Assembly: GCA_036845785.1 (NCBI GenBank)
Contig: DAIUDF010000003.1
Span: 475 to 64,474, forward strand
DNA from: Candidatus Moraniibacteriota bacterium
GTDB taxonomy: Bacteria > Patescibacteriota > Minisyncoccia > Moranbacterales > GWC2-37-73
Length of the DNA: 64,000 nt
Reading direction: 5' to 3'
Position numbers and translations under genes: made by a program. Positions within the stretch are counted from its first letter, which is position 1; each line of letters begins with the position of its first letter. Of the stretch, positions 8,705-18,334 are shown piece after piece. The notes under the pieces were generated by a model. The model was given only the letters and a program-made list of their open reading frames with translations, did not search any database and was not told the origin of the DNA.

Positions 8705-9625
8705 ATGCACGACTTAATTATTATTGGTTCGGGTCCGGCCGGATTGACAGCTTCAGTTTATGCTTCGCGTTACAAATTGAAGCACATTATTCTTGGCAAA
8801 GAAATCGGCGGCCAGATTATGAAGGCTTCGCGCATTGAAAATTGGCCAGGAGAAGAATCCATTAGCGGAGTGGATTTAACGGAAAAAATCAGAAAACAGG
8901 CGGAAAAACTGGGCGTAGAAATAATAAATGCCGGAGCAAATGCAGTTGAAAAAATCGCAAACGGCTTCAGGATTGTTACTGATGACGAAAAAGTTTTTGA
9001 AGCAAAAACGGTTATTTTTGCCTTAGGCATGAAACCGAGAAAAATGAATTTGCCGAAAGAAGATGATTTTATCGGCAAGGGCATTTCCTATTGTGCAACT
9101 TGCGATGCTATGTTTTTCAAAAACAAGGACGTGGTTGTCATTGGCGGAGGCGACAGTGCCGCCACAGCCGCTTTGCATTTATCTGAATTTGCCAATTCAG
9201 TGCAACTTTTATACAAAGAAGGGACGAAAATTTTTGAACCGGCCTGGGAGGAAAAAATGAAAGAACAGGGAAAAATCACCCTTGAATCGTTTGAAAATGT
9301 TGTCGGTCTTATTGGTGAAAATAAAATTGAAGGGATTGTTTATGAAACTCCGGGCGGAGAAAAAAAAGAATTGAAAGCGCAGGGAGTATTCATTGAAATA
9401 GGTTCGACTCCGGGAGCCGCAATTGCCGAAAATTTAGGAGTGGAAACCGACGAACAAGGTTTTATAATAGTCAAACCGAACCATAGTACGAATGTTGACG
9501 GTGTTTTTGCGGCTGGTGATATTACAACAGCTTCAAACAAATTACGCCAAATCATTACAGCGGCCGCAGAAGGAGCCATTGCCGCAGAGAGCGTTTATAA
9601 AAAAGTCAAGTCAATTAGTAGGTGA
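8705..9625 (+). CDS. trxB: Thioredoxin-disulfide reductase
   Basis: FAD motif GSGPAG and the CATC redox-active disulfide, in a 306-aa protein adjacent to trxA. Confidence 0.9.
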   Translation: MHDLIIIGSGPAGLTASVYASRYKLKHIILGKEIGGQIMKASRIENWPGEESISGVDLTEKIRKQAEKLGVEIINAGANAVEKIANGFRIVTDDEKVFEAKTVIFALGMKPRKMNLPKEDDFIGKGISYCATCDAMFFKNKDVVVIGGGDSAATAALHLSEFANSVQLLYKEGTKIFEPAWEEKMKEQGKITLESFENVVGLIGENKIEGIVYETPGGEKKELKAQGVFIEIGSTPGAAIAENLGVETDEQGFIIVKPNHSTNVDGVFAAGDITTASNKLRQIITAAAEGAIAAESVYKKVKSISR

Positions 9626-9753
9626 TTTTGTAAAAGAAATGAAACGTGGTATAATAACTTAACAATTGTTATTACTATTGATTTGTTATCAAATAAACAT
9701 AAAAACGAATTTGAATCCATATTTTCTATGAATTCATAATTCGTGAATAAAAA

Positions 9754-10203
9754 ATGTTAAATATAAAAACACATAGACAAAAAATAGATTTTGAGAGCAA
9801 AAATCAGATAGAATTTTTTGACATAACCGACAGAGTCCAAAAAATAGTTGATGATTCTGGCGTGCGCGAAGGCAACGTAGTTGTTTTTGTGCCGCATACC
9901 ACTATGGGCGTTGCCATCAATCACAACGAAGCAATGCTTATTCAGGATTTTATGCGAGTGTTATATAAATTCGCGCCGACAGACGACAGATATTCGCATG
10001 ATTTGTTTGAACTTCGCAAATCTTCTAAATCTGACGGGCGCAGCAATGGCCATTCTCATTGCAAATCTTTGATGATCGGAGTCAGCCAATATGTTCCGAT
10101 TGAAAAAGGCAAACTCATGCTCGGATCCAAACAGAGTATTTTTGCAATAGAATTTGATGGAGCTCGCAAGCGCGATATTTTAGTTAATGTTATGGGGATA
10201 TAA
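9754..10203 (+). CDS. YjbQ/UPF0047 family protein (secondary thiamine-phosphate synthase-like)
   Basis: FVPHTTMGVAINHNEAM … HSHCKSLMIG, which is the YjbQ signature. Confidence 0.7.
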   Translation: MLNIKTHRQKIDFESKNQIEFFDITDRVQKIVDDSGVREGNVVVFVPHTTMGVAINHNEAMLIQDFMRVLYKFAPTDDRYSHDLFELRKSSKSDGRSNGHSHCKSLMIGVSQYVPIEKGKLMLGSKQSIFAIEFDGARKRDILVNVMGI

Positions 10204-10273
10204 AACAGCTTTCAGCTGCCGGATCTTGGATTTCTGGAAAAATAATGAAACTAATTTCAATAAAGCTATTTTT

Positions 10274-10894
10274 ATGAGTCGCCTTGTAAATGACTTGATT
10301 TCCAAAGGATATTTAAGCAGCGAAGTTATTATAGATGCTTTTTATAAAGTGCATAGGATTGAGTTCATTCCTGATGACTTGGCTGCCCAAGCCGAAGCTG
10401 ATATTCCGCTGCCTATCGGATATGGACAAACAATTTCGCAGCCAATGACCGTGGCTTTTATGCTGGAGCTTTTAGATCCAAAACCTGGACAAAATATTCT
10501 AGACGTTGGTAGTGGATCTGGCTGGACCACGGGTCTTTTATCCTATATTGTCGGGGATAAAGGTAAGGTAACAGCGATGGAAATAATAGAAGAGTTGTGC
10601 AAAATAGGAGAAAAAAATGTAGAAAAATTCGGTTTTGTTAAAAAGGGGATTGCTGAATTTTATTCTGATTCCGCAAAAAACGGATTTTTGCAGAATTCTC
10701 CTTATGACAGAATTTTGGTCAGTGCTTCAGTTGATGAAATTCCGCCAGCACTCAAACAGCAGCTGGTTTTGGGAGGAAAAATGGTTATTCCTGTCAATAA
10801 TTCGATTTGGTATGTTGAAAAAAAGAGCGAAGATGATTTTCATATAGAAAAATTTTCTGGTTTTGCTTTTGTGCCATTTCTCAAAAATGATTAA
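10274..10894 (+). CDS. pcm: Protein-L-isoaspartate O-methyltransferase
   Basis: SAM motif LDVGSGSGWTT and the TISQP motif. The ATG at 10274 is preferred over the 10187 extension, which overlaps yjbQ. Confidence 0.8.
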   Translation: MSRLVNDLISKGYLSSEVIIDAFYKVHRIEFIPDDLAAQAEADIPLPIGYGQTISQPMTVAFMLELLDPKPGQNILDVGSGSGWTTGLLSYIVGDKGKVTAMEIIEELCKIGEKNVEKFGFVKKGIAEFYSDSAKNGFLQNSPYDRILVSASVDEIPPALKQQLVLGGKMVIPVNNSIWYVEKKSEDDFHIEKFSGFAFVPFLKND

Positions 10895-10903
10895 ATATTT
10901 TTT

Positions 10904-11929
10904 ATGAGTATTAGAAGAAAAATCAGTATTTTGGCTGTCATTTTATTCCTGCTAATAGGAGGGTTTTTTTATGTTTATTATCAGATTTACTTTTCGCAAG
11001 GAGAATATCGAGAAAATAAGACTTTTGAAATTGTAAAGGGAGATGGCAGCACTAAAATTGGAAATAATTTGGAAAAGGAAAATTTGATTTCCAATGATTT
11101 TTACTTTTTCCTGTATGTTTGGAAACAAAAATCTTCAGGAAAATTTTTACCGGGAAAATACGAAATTAGCGGCAATTTGACTATTCCGGAAATAGTCAAA
11201 TTCCTGACTGATCAGGAAAATATGCTTCCCGGATACATAACAATAACTTTTCCCGAAGGCTGGACAGCCAAACAGATGTCCGAGCGCCTAAGTTCTAAGG
11301 GTTTTGACGGTGAAAATTTTTTGAAACTAGTCAATAATCCTCCGCAAGAAATAGTTTCATTATTCCCGGTTTTGAACAAAAAGCCGGCTAAAGCAACTCT
11401 GGAAGGTTATCTCTTTCCGGACACATATAAATTTGCCAAAGAAGCTACTCCAGAAGGAATTTTAAAAAAAATCCTCAATAACACAGAAATCAAAATAACT
11501 GATGGAATGAGAACAGAAATAGAAAATCAGAAAAAATCAGTTTTTGAAATTTTAACAATGGCCAGTCTTTTGGAAAAAGAAGTGAAAACACCAGAGGATT
11601 TTAAAATAGTTTCTGGAATTTTTTGGAAACGAATTGCTATCGGGCAAGCCCTGCAAAGTTGTGCAACGTTAGCTTATATTCTAGGTGTCAACAAAAGCCA
11701 ATATTCTTATGCTGACACACAAATCGAATCGCCTTACAATACTTACAAATACAAAGGTTTGCCTCCAGGTCCGGTTTCCAATCCGGGAATTGAAACAATT
11801 CAAGCGGCACTCTATCCTGAAAAAACCGACTATCTCTATTTCTTGACTGATCCGCAGGACCCTAAAAACACGGTTTACTCCAAAACTTTAGAAGAACACA
11901 ACCGAAACAAAGCAAAATACGGATTATAA
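10904..11929 (+). CDS. mltG: Endolytic murein transglycosylase MltG (YceG family)
   Basis: N-terminal TM helix and the YceG C-terminal catalytic region, including GLPPGPVSNPG. Confidence 0.8.
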   Translation: MSIRRKISILAVILFLLIGGFFYVYYQIYFSQGEYRENKTFEIVKGDGSTKIGNNLEKENLISNDFYFFLYVWKQKSSGKFLPGKYEISGNLTIPEIVKFLTDQENMLPGYITITFPEGWTAKQMSERLSSKGFDGENFLKLVNNPPQEIVSLFPVLNKKPAKATLEGYLFPDTYKFAKEATPEGILKKILNNTEIKITDGMRTEIENQKKSVFEILTMASLLEKEVKTPEDFKIVSGIFWKRIAIGQALQSCATLAYILGVNKSQYSYADTQIESPYNTYKYKGLPPGPVSNPGIETIQAALYPEKTDYLYFLTDPQDPKNTVYSKTLEEHNRNKAKYGL

Positions 11930-11970
11930 TAATACCTTAAAAATAGCTTTTAAAGGAATAATTTTTGAAA

Positions 11971-11997
11971 ACAGAGAAATTGATTCTCTGTTTTTTA
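11971..11997 (+). terminator. Rho-independent terminator after mltG
   Basis: acagagaa-attga-ttctctgt followed by tttttt. Confidence 0.6.
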
Positions 11998-12000
11998 TTT

Positions 12001-12029
12001 TTGACATAAGGGCCTATTTTAAGTATCAT
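12001..12029 (+). promoter_or_regulatory. Promoter for the mreBCD-mrdA operon (TTGACA-N17-TATCAT)
   Basis: A consensus -35 with a plausible -10, sitting directly after the terminator. Confidence 0.4.
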
Positions 12030-12115
12030 AAAATAGGTATTAAATATAAACATACAACAGGCAAAAAACAGAATTCCCAAGGGAATGTCTTTTTGTGTTT
12101 ATTTAAATTATTATA

Positions 12116-13201
12116 ATGGTGGAAAAAATAAAAGGATTATTTCAAAGAATTTTTGGCAAATTTCTCGGCAATATGTCGAAAGATATTGGCATTGACCTGG
12201 GGACAGCCAATACGCTGGTTTATGTCAAAGACAAAGGCATTGTTATTAATGAACCGTCAGTTGTTGCTATCAATAAACGCACTGGGCAGGTTTTAGCTAT
12301 TGGGCGTGATGCCAAAAGAATGGTAGGGAAAACCCCTGGCCATATTGTAGCCACCAGACCGTTGGTTGACGGAGTAGTCAGTGATTTTGAAGTGACAACC
12401 CAAATGTTGAAATTTTTTATTGATAAAATTAATAAAGACTCATTTTTTTTCGCGCCTCGCCCACGCATTTTAATTGGAATACCGTCTCGCATAACGGAAG
12501 TTGAAAAAAAGGCTGTGGTTGATGCAGCCTTGAATGCCGGAGCGCGCGAAGCATTTTTGATTGAAGAACCAATGGCAGCGGCTATCGGCGCTCGGCTTCC
12601 GGTAACTGATGCCAAGGGGAATATGGTCGTGGACATTGGCGGCGGCACATCCGAGATAGCTGTTATTTCTCTGGGTGGCGTTGTTAGTGCCAGAAGTTTG
12701 CGCGTGGCTGGTGATGAAATGAATGAAGATATCGTGAGATATTGCCGCGATGAATTTAATCTGATGGTTGGCGAAAAAACAGCTGAAGACATAAAAATTG
12801 CGGTTGGCAGTGCTTATCCATTAAAAGATCAGTTGAAAATTTCGGTGCGTGGCCGTGACCTGGTTAGTGGACTTCCAAAAGAAGTTATTGTTAATGACGA
12901 ACAAATTCGTGAAGCGATTTCACGCTCGATCAGAATTATTGTTAATAATATAAAAACAGTTATTGAAGAAACTCCGCCGGAACTTCTTTCCGATATCATG
13001 CAAAGAGGCATTATTTTGGCTGGCGGCGGCGGCCTAATTCGCGGATTAGATAAACTGGTGGCGAATCAGACGGAAATGCCGGTTCGAATGATGGAAGATC
13101 CTCTGACGGCGGTCGTGCGCGGAGTGGGAATTGTTATGGAAGACATGGAAACATTGAAAGAAATTTTAGTTGAAGATCAAAGGGAAAAAGCCTTCAAATA
13201 A
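12116..13201 (+). CDS. mreB: Rod shape-determining protein MreB
   Basis: Actin-fold phosphate-1 motif GIDLGTANTLVYV, 361 aa. Confidence 0.9.
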   Translation: MVEKIKGLFQRIFGKFLGNMSKDIGIDLGTANTLVYVKDKGIVINEPSVVAINKRTGQVLAIGRDAKRMVGKTPGHIVATRPLVDGVVSDFEVTTQMLKFFIDKINKDSFFFAPRPRILIGIPSRITEVEKKAVVDAALNAGAREAFLIEEPMAAAIGARLPVTDAKGNMVVDIGGGTSEIAVISLGGVVSARSLRVAGDEMNEDIVRYCRDEFNLMVGEKTAEDIKIAVGSAYPLKDQLKISVRGRDLVSGLPKEVIVNDEQIREAISRSIRIIVNNIKTVIEETPPELLSDIMQRGIILAGGGGLIRGLDKLVANQTEMPVRMMEDPLTAVVRGVGIVMEDMETLKEILVEDQREKAFK

Positions 13202-13210
13202 TTCTAGAGT

Positions 13211-14020
13211 ATGCAAAAATTTATTGCTACCAGATTTTTTAAAGTTCTTATTATTGCCGCTATTTTTATCGGCCTTGTTTTTTTAAATCCGGTTACGATT
13301 TTTAATCCAGTGAGATCAGTTTTTGTTTCTGTCTTGGCGCCGTTTCAAAAATTTTTTTACTCATTTTCAGTAGGCATTAATAATGTCAAGGAATTTGCAG
13401 GAGAAATCGGCCAGCTTAAGCGTGAAAATGAAAATTTGCGGAAAGAAAATCAGGAACTTTTAGCTGCCAGCGCCATGTATGCTGATATAAAAAAGGAGAA
13501 CGATAATTTGCGCGAACAAATAAGCATTTTGCCCCGAGAAAAATATGATTTAGTGCCGGCTTTTTTGGTAAGTCAGGATCCAAGCGGAACTGAAAATTGG
13601 ATTGAAATTGACAAAGGCAGTGAAGACGGAATCGCTCCTAACATGCCAGTTATTATTTCCAGAAGCGTTCTTGTAGGAAAAATTCATGAAGTCAGCGCTA
13701 AAACTTCCAAAGTTATGCTGCTAACAAATCCAAAAAGCACTCTCAATGTTATAACAGTAGAAAATGAAGCCAAGGGGATTGTGAAAGGAGAATATGGATT
13801 GGGAATTGTTTTGGATATGGTTTTGCAAGCTGACTCGATCAATGCAGGAGATAAAGTTGTAACTTCCGGCATTGGAGGTGAAATTCCGCGCGGGCTTTTT
13901 GTCGGAACCATTCAGGAAGTCCATCCTTCCAAAGACCATCTTTTCCAGCAGGGCACGTTGACAGCTCCAATTCAGATTTCAAAATTGCAAATGGTTTTTA
14001 TAATCAAGGGCAGCAAGTAA
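13211..14020 (+). CDS. mreC: Rod shape-determining protein MreC
   Basis: N-terminal TM helix, a coiled coil (ENENLRKENQELL) and a C-terminal beta domain. It lies between mreB and mreD. Confidence 0.8.
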   Translation: MQKFIATRFFKVLIIAAIFIGLVFLNPVTIFNPVRSVFVSVLAPFQKFFYSFSVGINNVKEFAGEIGQLKRENENLRKENQELLAASAMYADIKKENDNLREQISILPREKYDLVPAFLVSQDPSGTENWIEIDKGSEDGIAPNMPVIISRSVLVGKIHEVSAKTSKVMLLTNPKSTLNVITVENEAKGIVKGEYGLGIVLDMVLQADSINAGDKVVTSGIGGEIPRGLFVGTIQEVHPSKDHLFQQGTLTAPIQISKLQMVFIIKGSK

Positions 14021-14024
14021 AGAT

Positions 14025-14543
14025 ATGAGAAAAAAAATTGTATATTCCTTTGTTTTATTATTTGCTGTTATTGCCCAAACCAGCATATTGCCAGTTTTTT
14101 TTAGCAATCAAGTTTTAGGCGATGCAGTTCTGATGGCTGTTTTGGCGTGGGCAATGTTGGATGGATTTCAGGCTTTTATCGGCTGGGCAATTGTTGCTGG
14201 AATTTTTTACGATCTTGCCGCCTATTCGCCCATAGGCGAACATGTGCTGATTTTTCTGGTCGTCGTCTATTTTGTGAGTTTTTTTTCCAAACGATTGTCA
14301 CTGAATTTTCGAGGTACCGGACTTTTCCTTTTTTTTATTTTTGTTATTGCAGTGACTGTTTTTTCAGAAATTGTTCTGGCCATTTTTGCTGTTTATGAAA
14401 ACCAGGCAATGTATGAATATTGGAGAAAGTTTGGCGGCGTAGGCGAAATAATGTTAAAAATAATTTGTAATGAAATTTTGTTTTTCGGCTGGTTTATTTT
14501 ATTGAAAAAAATAAAAAAATTTTTCAAGCTGGAAACAATATAA
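14025..14543 (+). CDS. mreD: Rod shape-determining protein MreD
   Basis: Polytopic membrane protein of 172 aa in the position after mreC. Confidence 0.65.
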   Translation: MRKKIVYSFVLLFAVIAQTSILPVFFSNQVLGDAVLMAVLAWAMLDGFQAFIGWAIVAGIFYDLAAYSPIGEHVLIFLVVVYFVSFFSKRLSLNFRGTGLFLFFIFVIAVTVFSEIVLAIFAVYENQAMYEYWRKFGGVGEIMLKIICNEILFFGWFILLKKIKKFFKLETI

Positions 14544-14631
14544 CTGATAAAAAAGTGAAAAACGGGAAATTGCAAATTTTCATTCGCTGGTTCAAAAAAT
14601 ATTTACAAATCACAATCAATAAAATTATTTT

Positions 14632-16503
14632 ATGTTCAATCGCAATAAATCCAAAGCATATTCCGGCATGGAAATTGAAGATTATGTTTTGACGGCAACT
14701 GAAAAAGAAGCCGCAAAAATGGAGCGGCCTCTTAAAAAGAAGTGGTTTGATTTTTTGTGGTGGATAATAATTGCCGGCATGCTGGTTTTGGCGGCCAGAG
14801 TGTTTTTTTTGACTGTTATCAAAGGACCTTATTATCAAGATATTTCTAAAGGCAATAGCATCCGTTCTATTGTCATCAACGCTCCGCGTGGCCGCATTTT
14901 TGACCGCACTGGAAAAGTTTTGGTCAACAATATCCCCAGCATGGATGCGGTTATTATTCCGGCGTATTTGCCCAGGGATGAGCAAAAAATAAAAGAAATG
15001 TCGGCTGAAATTGCCAACATTTTAAAAATGAACAAAGAAGAAATTCAGGAAAAAATTGAAAAAAGCATTTCCAGCTCCTTGAATTCAGTTTTGCTAAAAG
15101 AAAACATTTCACAAGATGAATCATTAATACTTTTAGAAAAGAATAATTATTTGCAGGGAATTGATATAGAAAAAACAGCCATACGTTCCTATTCTGACGG
15201 CCTTATTTTTTCCCACATTCTCGGCTATGAAGGCAAAATCACAAAAGAAGAATTGGAAAGCAATAAGGGCTATCTGCTAACTGACTATATCGGCAAGGAA
15301 GGCATTGAAAAATCATATGAACAATATCTGCGCGGAGTGCATGGCGCTACCCAAGTGGAAGTTGATTCAATGGGAAATATAAAACGTGAAATCGGCATTA
15401 TTAATCCGAAAACCGGCAATGATTTGATTTTGGGAATAGACAGCGATTTGCAGAAAAAAATATATGACAGTCTGAACGATGTTATGCTTAAAACTCAGAC
15501 AAAAACTTCTGCAGCTGTGGCTATAAATCCGCAAAATGGGGAAATCATGGCTATGGTCAGCATTCCTAGCTACGATAACAATCTGTTTGCTCAGAAAATA
15601 TCAAGTGCTGATTATGCTAATTTAATCAATGATTCAAATAAGCCTTTGTTTAATCGGGCTATAGCAGGCGAATATCCGCCCGGTTCCACAATTAAGCCTA
15701 TAATTGCCTCAGCAGCTTTATCCGAAGGTACCATTACTCCAGAAACGATTATTGATGGTTTAGGCGGCCGGCTTTACATTGGCAATTATTCTTTTGGTGA
15801 CTGGAAAGCCCATGGTCCCAGTGATGTGCGTACGGCTATAGCTGAAAGTAATGACATATTTTTTTATACAATAGGCGGAGGTTATAGCGCTATCCGGGGT
15901 TTAGGTATGGATAAAATGAAAAAATGGTACAATCTGTACGGGCTTGGACAACTTACTGGAGTTGATATCGGCGGTGAAAAAAAGGGGCTTATTCCTGACG
16001 AGCAATGGAAATTGGACAAATTTGGAGAAAAATGGACAATTGGCAATAGTTATCATGCCGCAATTGGACAAGGTTTTATAAGTGCCACTCCCATACAATT
16101 AGCCAACTATACGGCTGCGATTGCTAATGGAGGAAAAATTTTTAAACCGCATTTTGTTTCCAAAATCAAGAAAAATGACAATTCACTTCTCAGTATCCAG
16201 CCCCAAATTATGAATTCAAACGTTGTTTCTCCGGAAATCATCAGTGTTATCAGGGAAGGCATGCGCAAGGTCGTAACTGATGGAACTGCCCAAACACTTA
16301 AAGATATGTCAATTGAAATTGCCGGCAAAACGGGAACAGCTCAATTTGGAACAGGCAACCAGACGCATGGATGGTTTACTTCCTTTGCTCCTTATGAGAA
16401 TCCGCAAATAGCCATGGTTGTTTTAGTGGAAGGCGGCGGCGAAGGACATTCAAGCGCTTTGCCTGTCACAAAAGAGGTTTATGACTGGTATTTTAACAGA
16501 TAA
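14632..16503 (+). CDS. mrdA: Penicillin-binding protein 2 (elongasome transpeptidase MrdA)
   Basis: PBP dimerisation domain, then STIKP (SxxK), SYD-type and KTGTAQ transpeptidase motifs. It follows mreD. Confidence 0.85.
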   Translation: MFNRNKSKAYSGMEIEDYVLTATEKEAAKMERPLKKKWFDFLWWIIIAGMLVLAARVFFLTVIKGPYYQDISKGNSIRSIVINAPRGRIFDRTGKVLVNNIPSMDAVIIPAYLPRDEQKIKEMSAEIANILKMNKEEIQEKIEKSISSSLNSVLLKENISQDESLILLEKNNYLQGIDIEKTAIRSYSDGLIFSHILGYEGKITKEELESNKGYLLTDYIGKEGIEKSYEQYLRGVHGATQVEVDSMGNIKREIGIINPKTGNDLILGIDSDLQKKIYDSLNDVMLKTQTKTSAAVAINPQNGEIMAMVSIPSYDNNLFAQKISSADYANLINDSNKPLFNRAIAGEYPPGSTIKPIIASAALSEGTITPETIIDGLGGRLYIGNYSFGDWKAHGPSDVRTAIAESNDIFFYTIGGGYSAIRGLGMDKMKKWYNLYGLGQLTGVDIGGEKKGLIPDEQWKLDKFGEKWTIGNSYHAAIGQGFISATPIQLANYTAAIANGGKIFKPHFVSKIKKNDNSLLSIQPQIMNSNVVSPEIISVIREGMRKVVTDGTAQTLKDMSIEIAGKTGTAQFGTGNQTHGWFTSFAPYENPQIAMVVLVEGGGEGHSSALPVTKEVYDWYFNR

Positions 16504-16540
16504 TTTTTTGTTTTTTTGATTTTCTTGGATAAGAATTTTT

Positions 16541-17578
16541 ATGGTTAAAAATAAAATTAAAAAAAGAGTATTGCAGGAAATAAGTTATGCATCTGGAAAA
16601 TATTTAATTTCTCCGGAAATTGTAAGCCTGGTTGTTACTTTTCGCTGTAATTTTAAATGCCAGGCGTGCACTGTTTGGCGAGCAGAAAAGTATCCAGAAT
16701 TGTCTCAAGCAGAATGGGAAAAAATTTCTGATCAACTCAAATTTTCTTTGTCCAAAAAAACTTCAATTGAAATTAGCGGAGGTGAGTCAATGATACGCAA
16801 AGATTTGGTTTTTTTCCTCATTAATCATTTAAAAAATTTTTTTGAAAATGTCGGCATAAATTCAAACGGCTACTTATTGGATGAAAAAAACATTTCTGAT
16901 CTAAAAATGGCAGGCGTGGATTTTGTAAAAATTTCTCTCTATGGCCTGAAAGAAACAGTCCATGATGATCTGCGCGGCGTGCCTGGTTCGGCCAAAAAAG
17001 CAAAAGAAGCCATTGATTTGCTACAAAAACAAGGCATACAAGTCGACATAGGTGTTTTGATTACAAGAAAAAATATTTCAGATATCCCAAATCTTATAAA
17101 TTATTATAATCGTCCGGGGCATGAAAAAATTTCAATTGTTTTGCAGTCGCTGGATGAACCAATAGGAGTAGAACCGGCAAGTGGCCAAGATAAAATTGCA
17201 ACGATTGAAAGTCTATGGCCTGACAAAAAATCAATTGAAGAATTATTTTCTTGGCTTAGTAAAAATAAAACACAAAAAATAAAAAACTCCACGGCAAGCC
17301 TTTCTGCGATCAAGCAGTATTATCTTGATCAGGCGAGCGCTCTAAAGCGCCGCTGTTTTGCCGGCCAACGCAGTTTGGTCATCTATCCGGACGGAAAATT
17401 AGCCGTGTGTTATAAAGGCGCAATAATTGGAAATATGGCCAATGAAAATTTGAAGGATATTCTCATTGGAGAAAAAGCCAGAAAAGAAAGGCTAAAAATC
17501 AAAAAATGTCCAAAAAAATGCCGTATCATCGGCTGCAATTTTTCTAAAACAATTCCGGAAATATTAGGAATCCGCTAA
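16541..17578 (+). CDS. Radical SAM protein with a SPASM-like C-terminal Cys cluster
   Basis: CNFKCQACTVW (CxxxCxxC) and a C-terminal CFAGQ…CYKG…CPKKCRIIGC. It occupies the slot where rodA normally follows mrdA. Confidence 0.7.
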   Translation: MVKNKIKKRVLQEISYASGKYLISPEIVSLVVTFRCNFKCQACTVWRAEKYPELSQAEWEKISDQLKFSLSKKTSIEISGGESMIRKDLVFFLINHLKNFFENVGINSNGYLLDEKNISDLKMAGVDFVKISLYGLKETVHDDLRGVPGSAKKAKEAIDLLQKQGIQVDIGVLITRKNISDIPNLINYYNRPGHEKISIVLQSLDEPIGVEPASGQDKIATIESLWPDKKSIEELFSWLSKNKTQKIKNSTASLSAIKQYYLDQASALKRRCFAGQRSLVIYPDGKLAVCYKGAIIGNMANENLKDILIGEKARKERLKIKKCPKKCRIIGCNFSKTIPEILGIR

Positions 17579-17643
17579 GTGCAAAAAAAGAAGGAATCAG
17601 GCCAAATTTTGCTTTAATTAAGCAATTTTTTAATGTTGGGCTA

Positions 17644-17691
17644 TTGACAAAAAGTCAATTTGTTTATATATTAGACTGGTTATGCTATAAT
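17644..17691 (+). promoter_or_regulatory. Promoter for RNase P RNA (extended -10 TGCTATAAT; possible -35 TTGACA at 17644)
   Basis: tgctataat at 17683-17691, about 27 nt upstream of the P1 helix. Confidence 0.4.
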
Positions 17692-17717
17692 GTTTTCATG
17701 GGTTCTTTGAGATTAAA

Positions 17718-18299
17718 ATTTATCAAATCATCCAGACAATTGCCCCGATTTATCGGGGAGGAAAGTCCGGACACCAGCCAATGCTTGGCATTGATTATGC
17801 GTAGTGGGTAACACCCACCGGTTGTATTGCAAAATGCAGCCAGGGAAAGTGCCACAGAGACGATACTACCCAGTTCTTTTTAAAAAGAGATGGGAAAAGG
17901 TGAAAAGTTTTTTGGTGTATAAGTTTTCGCTTTATCAGCTGATTAGCGAAACGAAATACTACAAAAGTTCTTCATTGGTGACAATGAAAGATGGTAAACC
18001 CTGCGTGGTGAAAGGCCGTGTCCTGATTTTGCCGGTTGGCGAATCGGGAAGTGCCGCTTGAATCTATTGGTAACAATAGATCTAGATAAATAATTGTCGC
18101 AGAGCCTGCCTTGAAATCCTCTTTCGTAACGAGAAGCCAGAATTTCGAGCGAAAAAATTGAAAGTCGAAGAGGGCTATCCAGTGATAACCCGATGAGATT
18201 TGAAATTTTTACAGCCGAAATTATGGCTTCGCAGTAGAATATGGGGTTTCAAGGCAGGCTCCTGAACAGAATCCGGCTTATCGGATGATTTGATAAATT
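17718..18299 (+). ncRNA. rnpB: RNase P RNA (bacterial type A) carrying a ~150-nt extra helix inserted near the 3' end
   Basis: Conserved gggaggaaagtccggac (P4 5' strand), gtgggtaacacccacc, the gtaaaccc region and acagaatccggcttatcgg (P4 3' strand). P1 pairs atttatcaaatcatcc with ggatgatttgataaat. The insertion is bounded by the stem cctgccttgaaa (18105) / tttcaaggcagg (18247). Confidence 0.8.
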
Positions 18300-18334
18300 T
18301 TACGCTTAAAATCTTTTTCAAGCTTTTATTCTTT

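Noticed and set aside
12220-12792. Long antisense ORFs inside mreB (12220..12792 -), murC (23891..24370 -), acrB (40494..41030 -) and ftsE (50509..50910 -)
   Set aside because: They are embedded antisense to confidently identified conserved genes, with no independent motif support.
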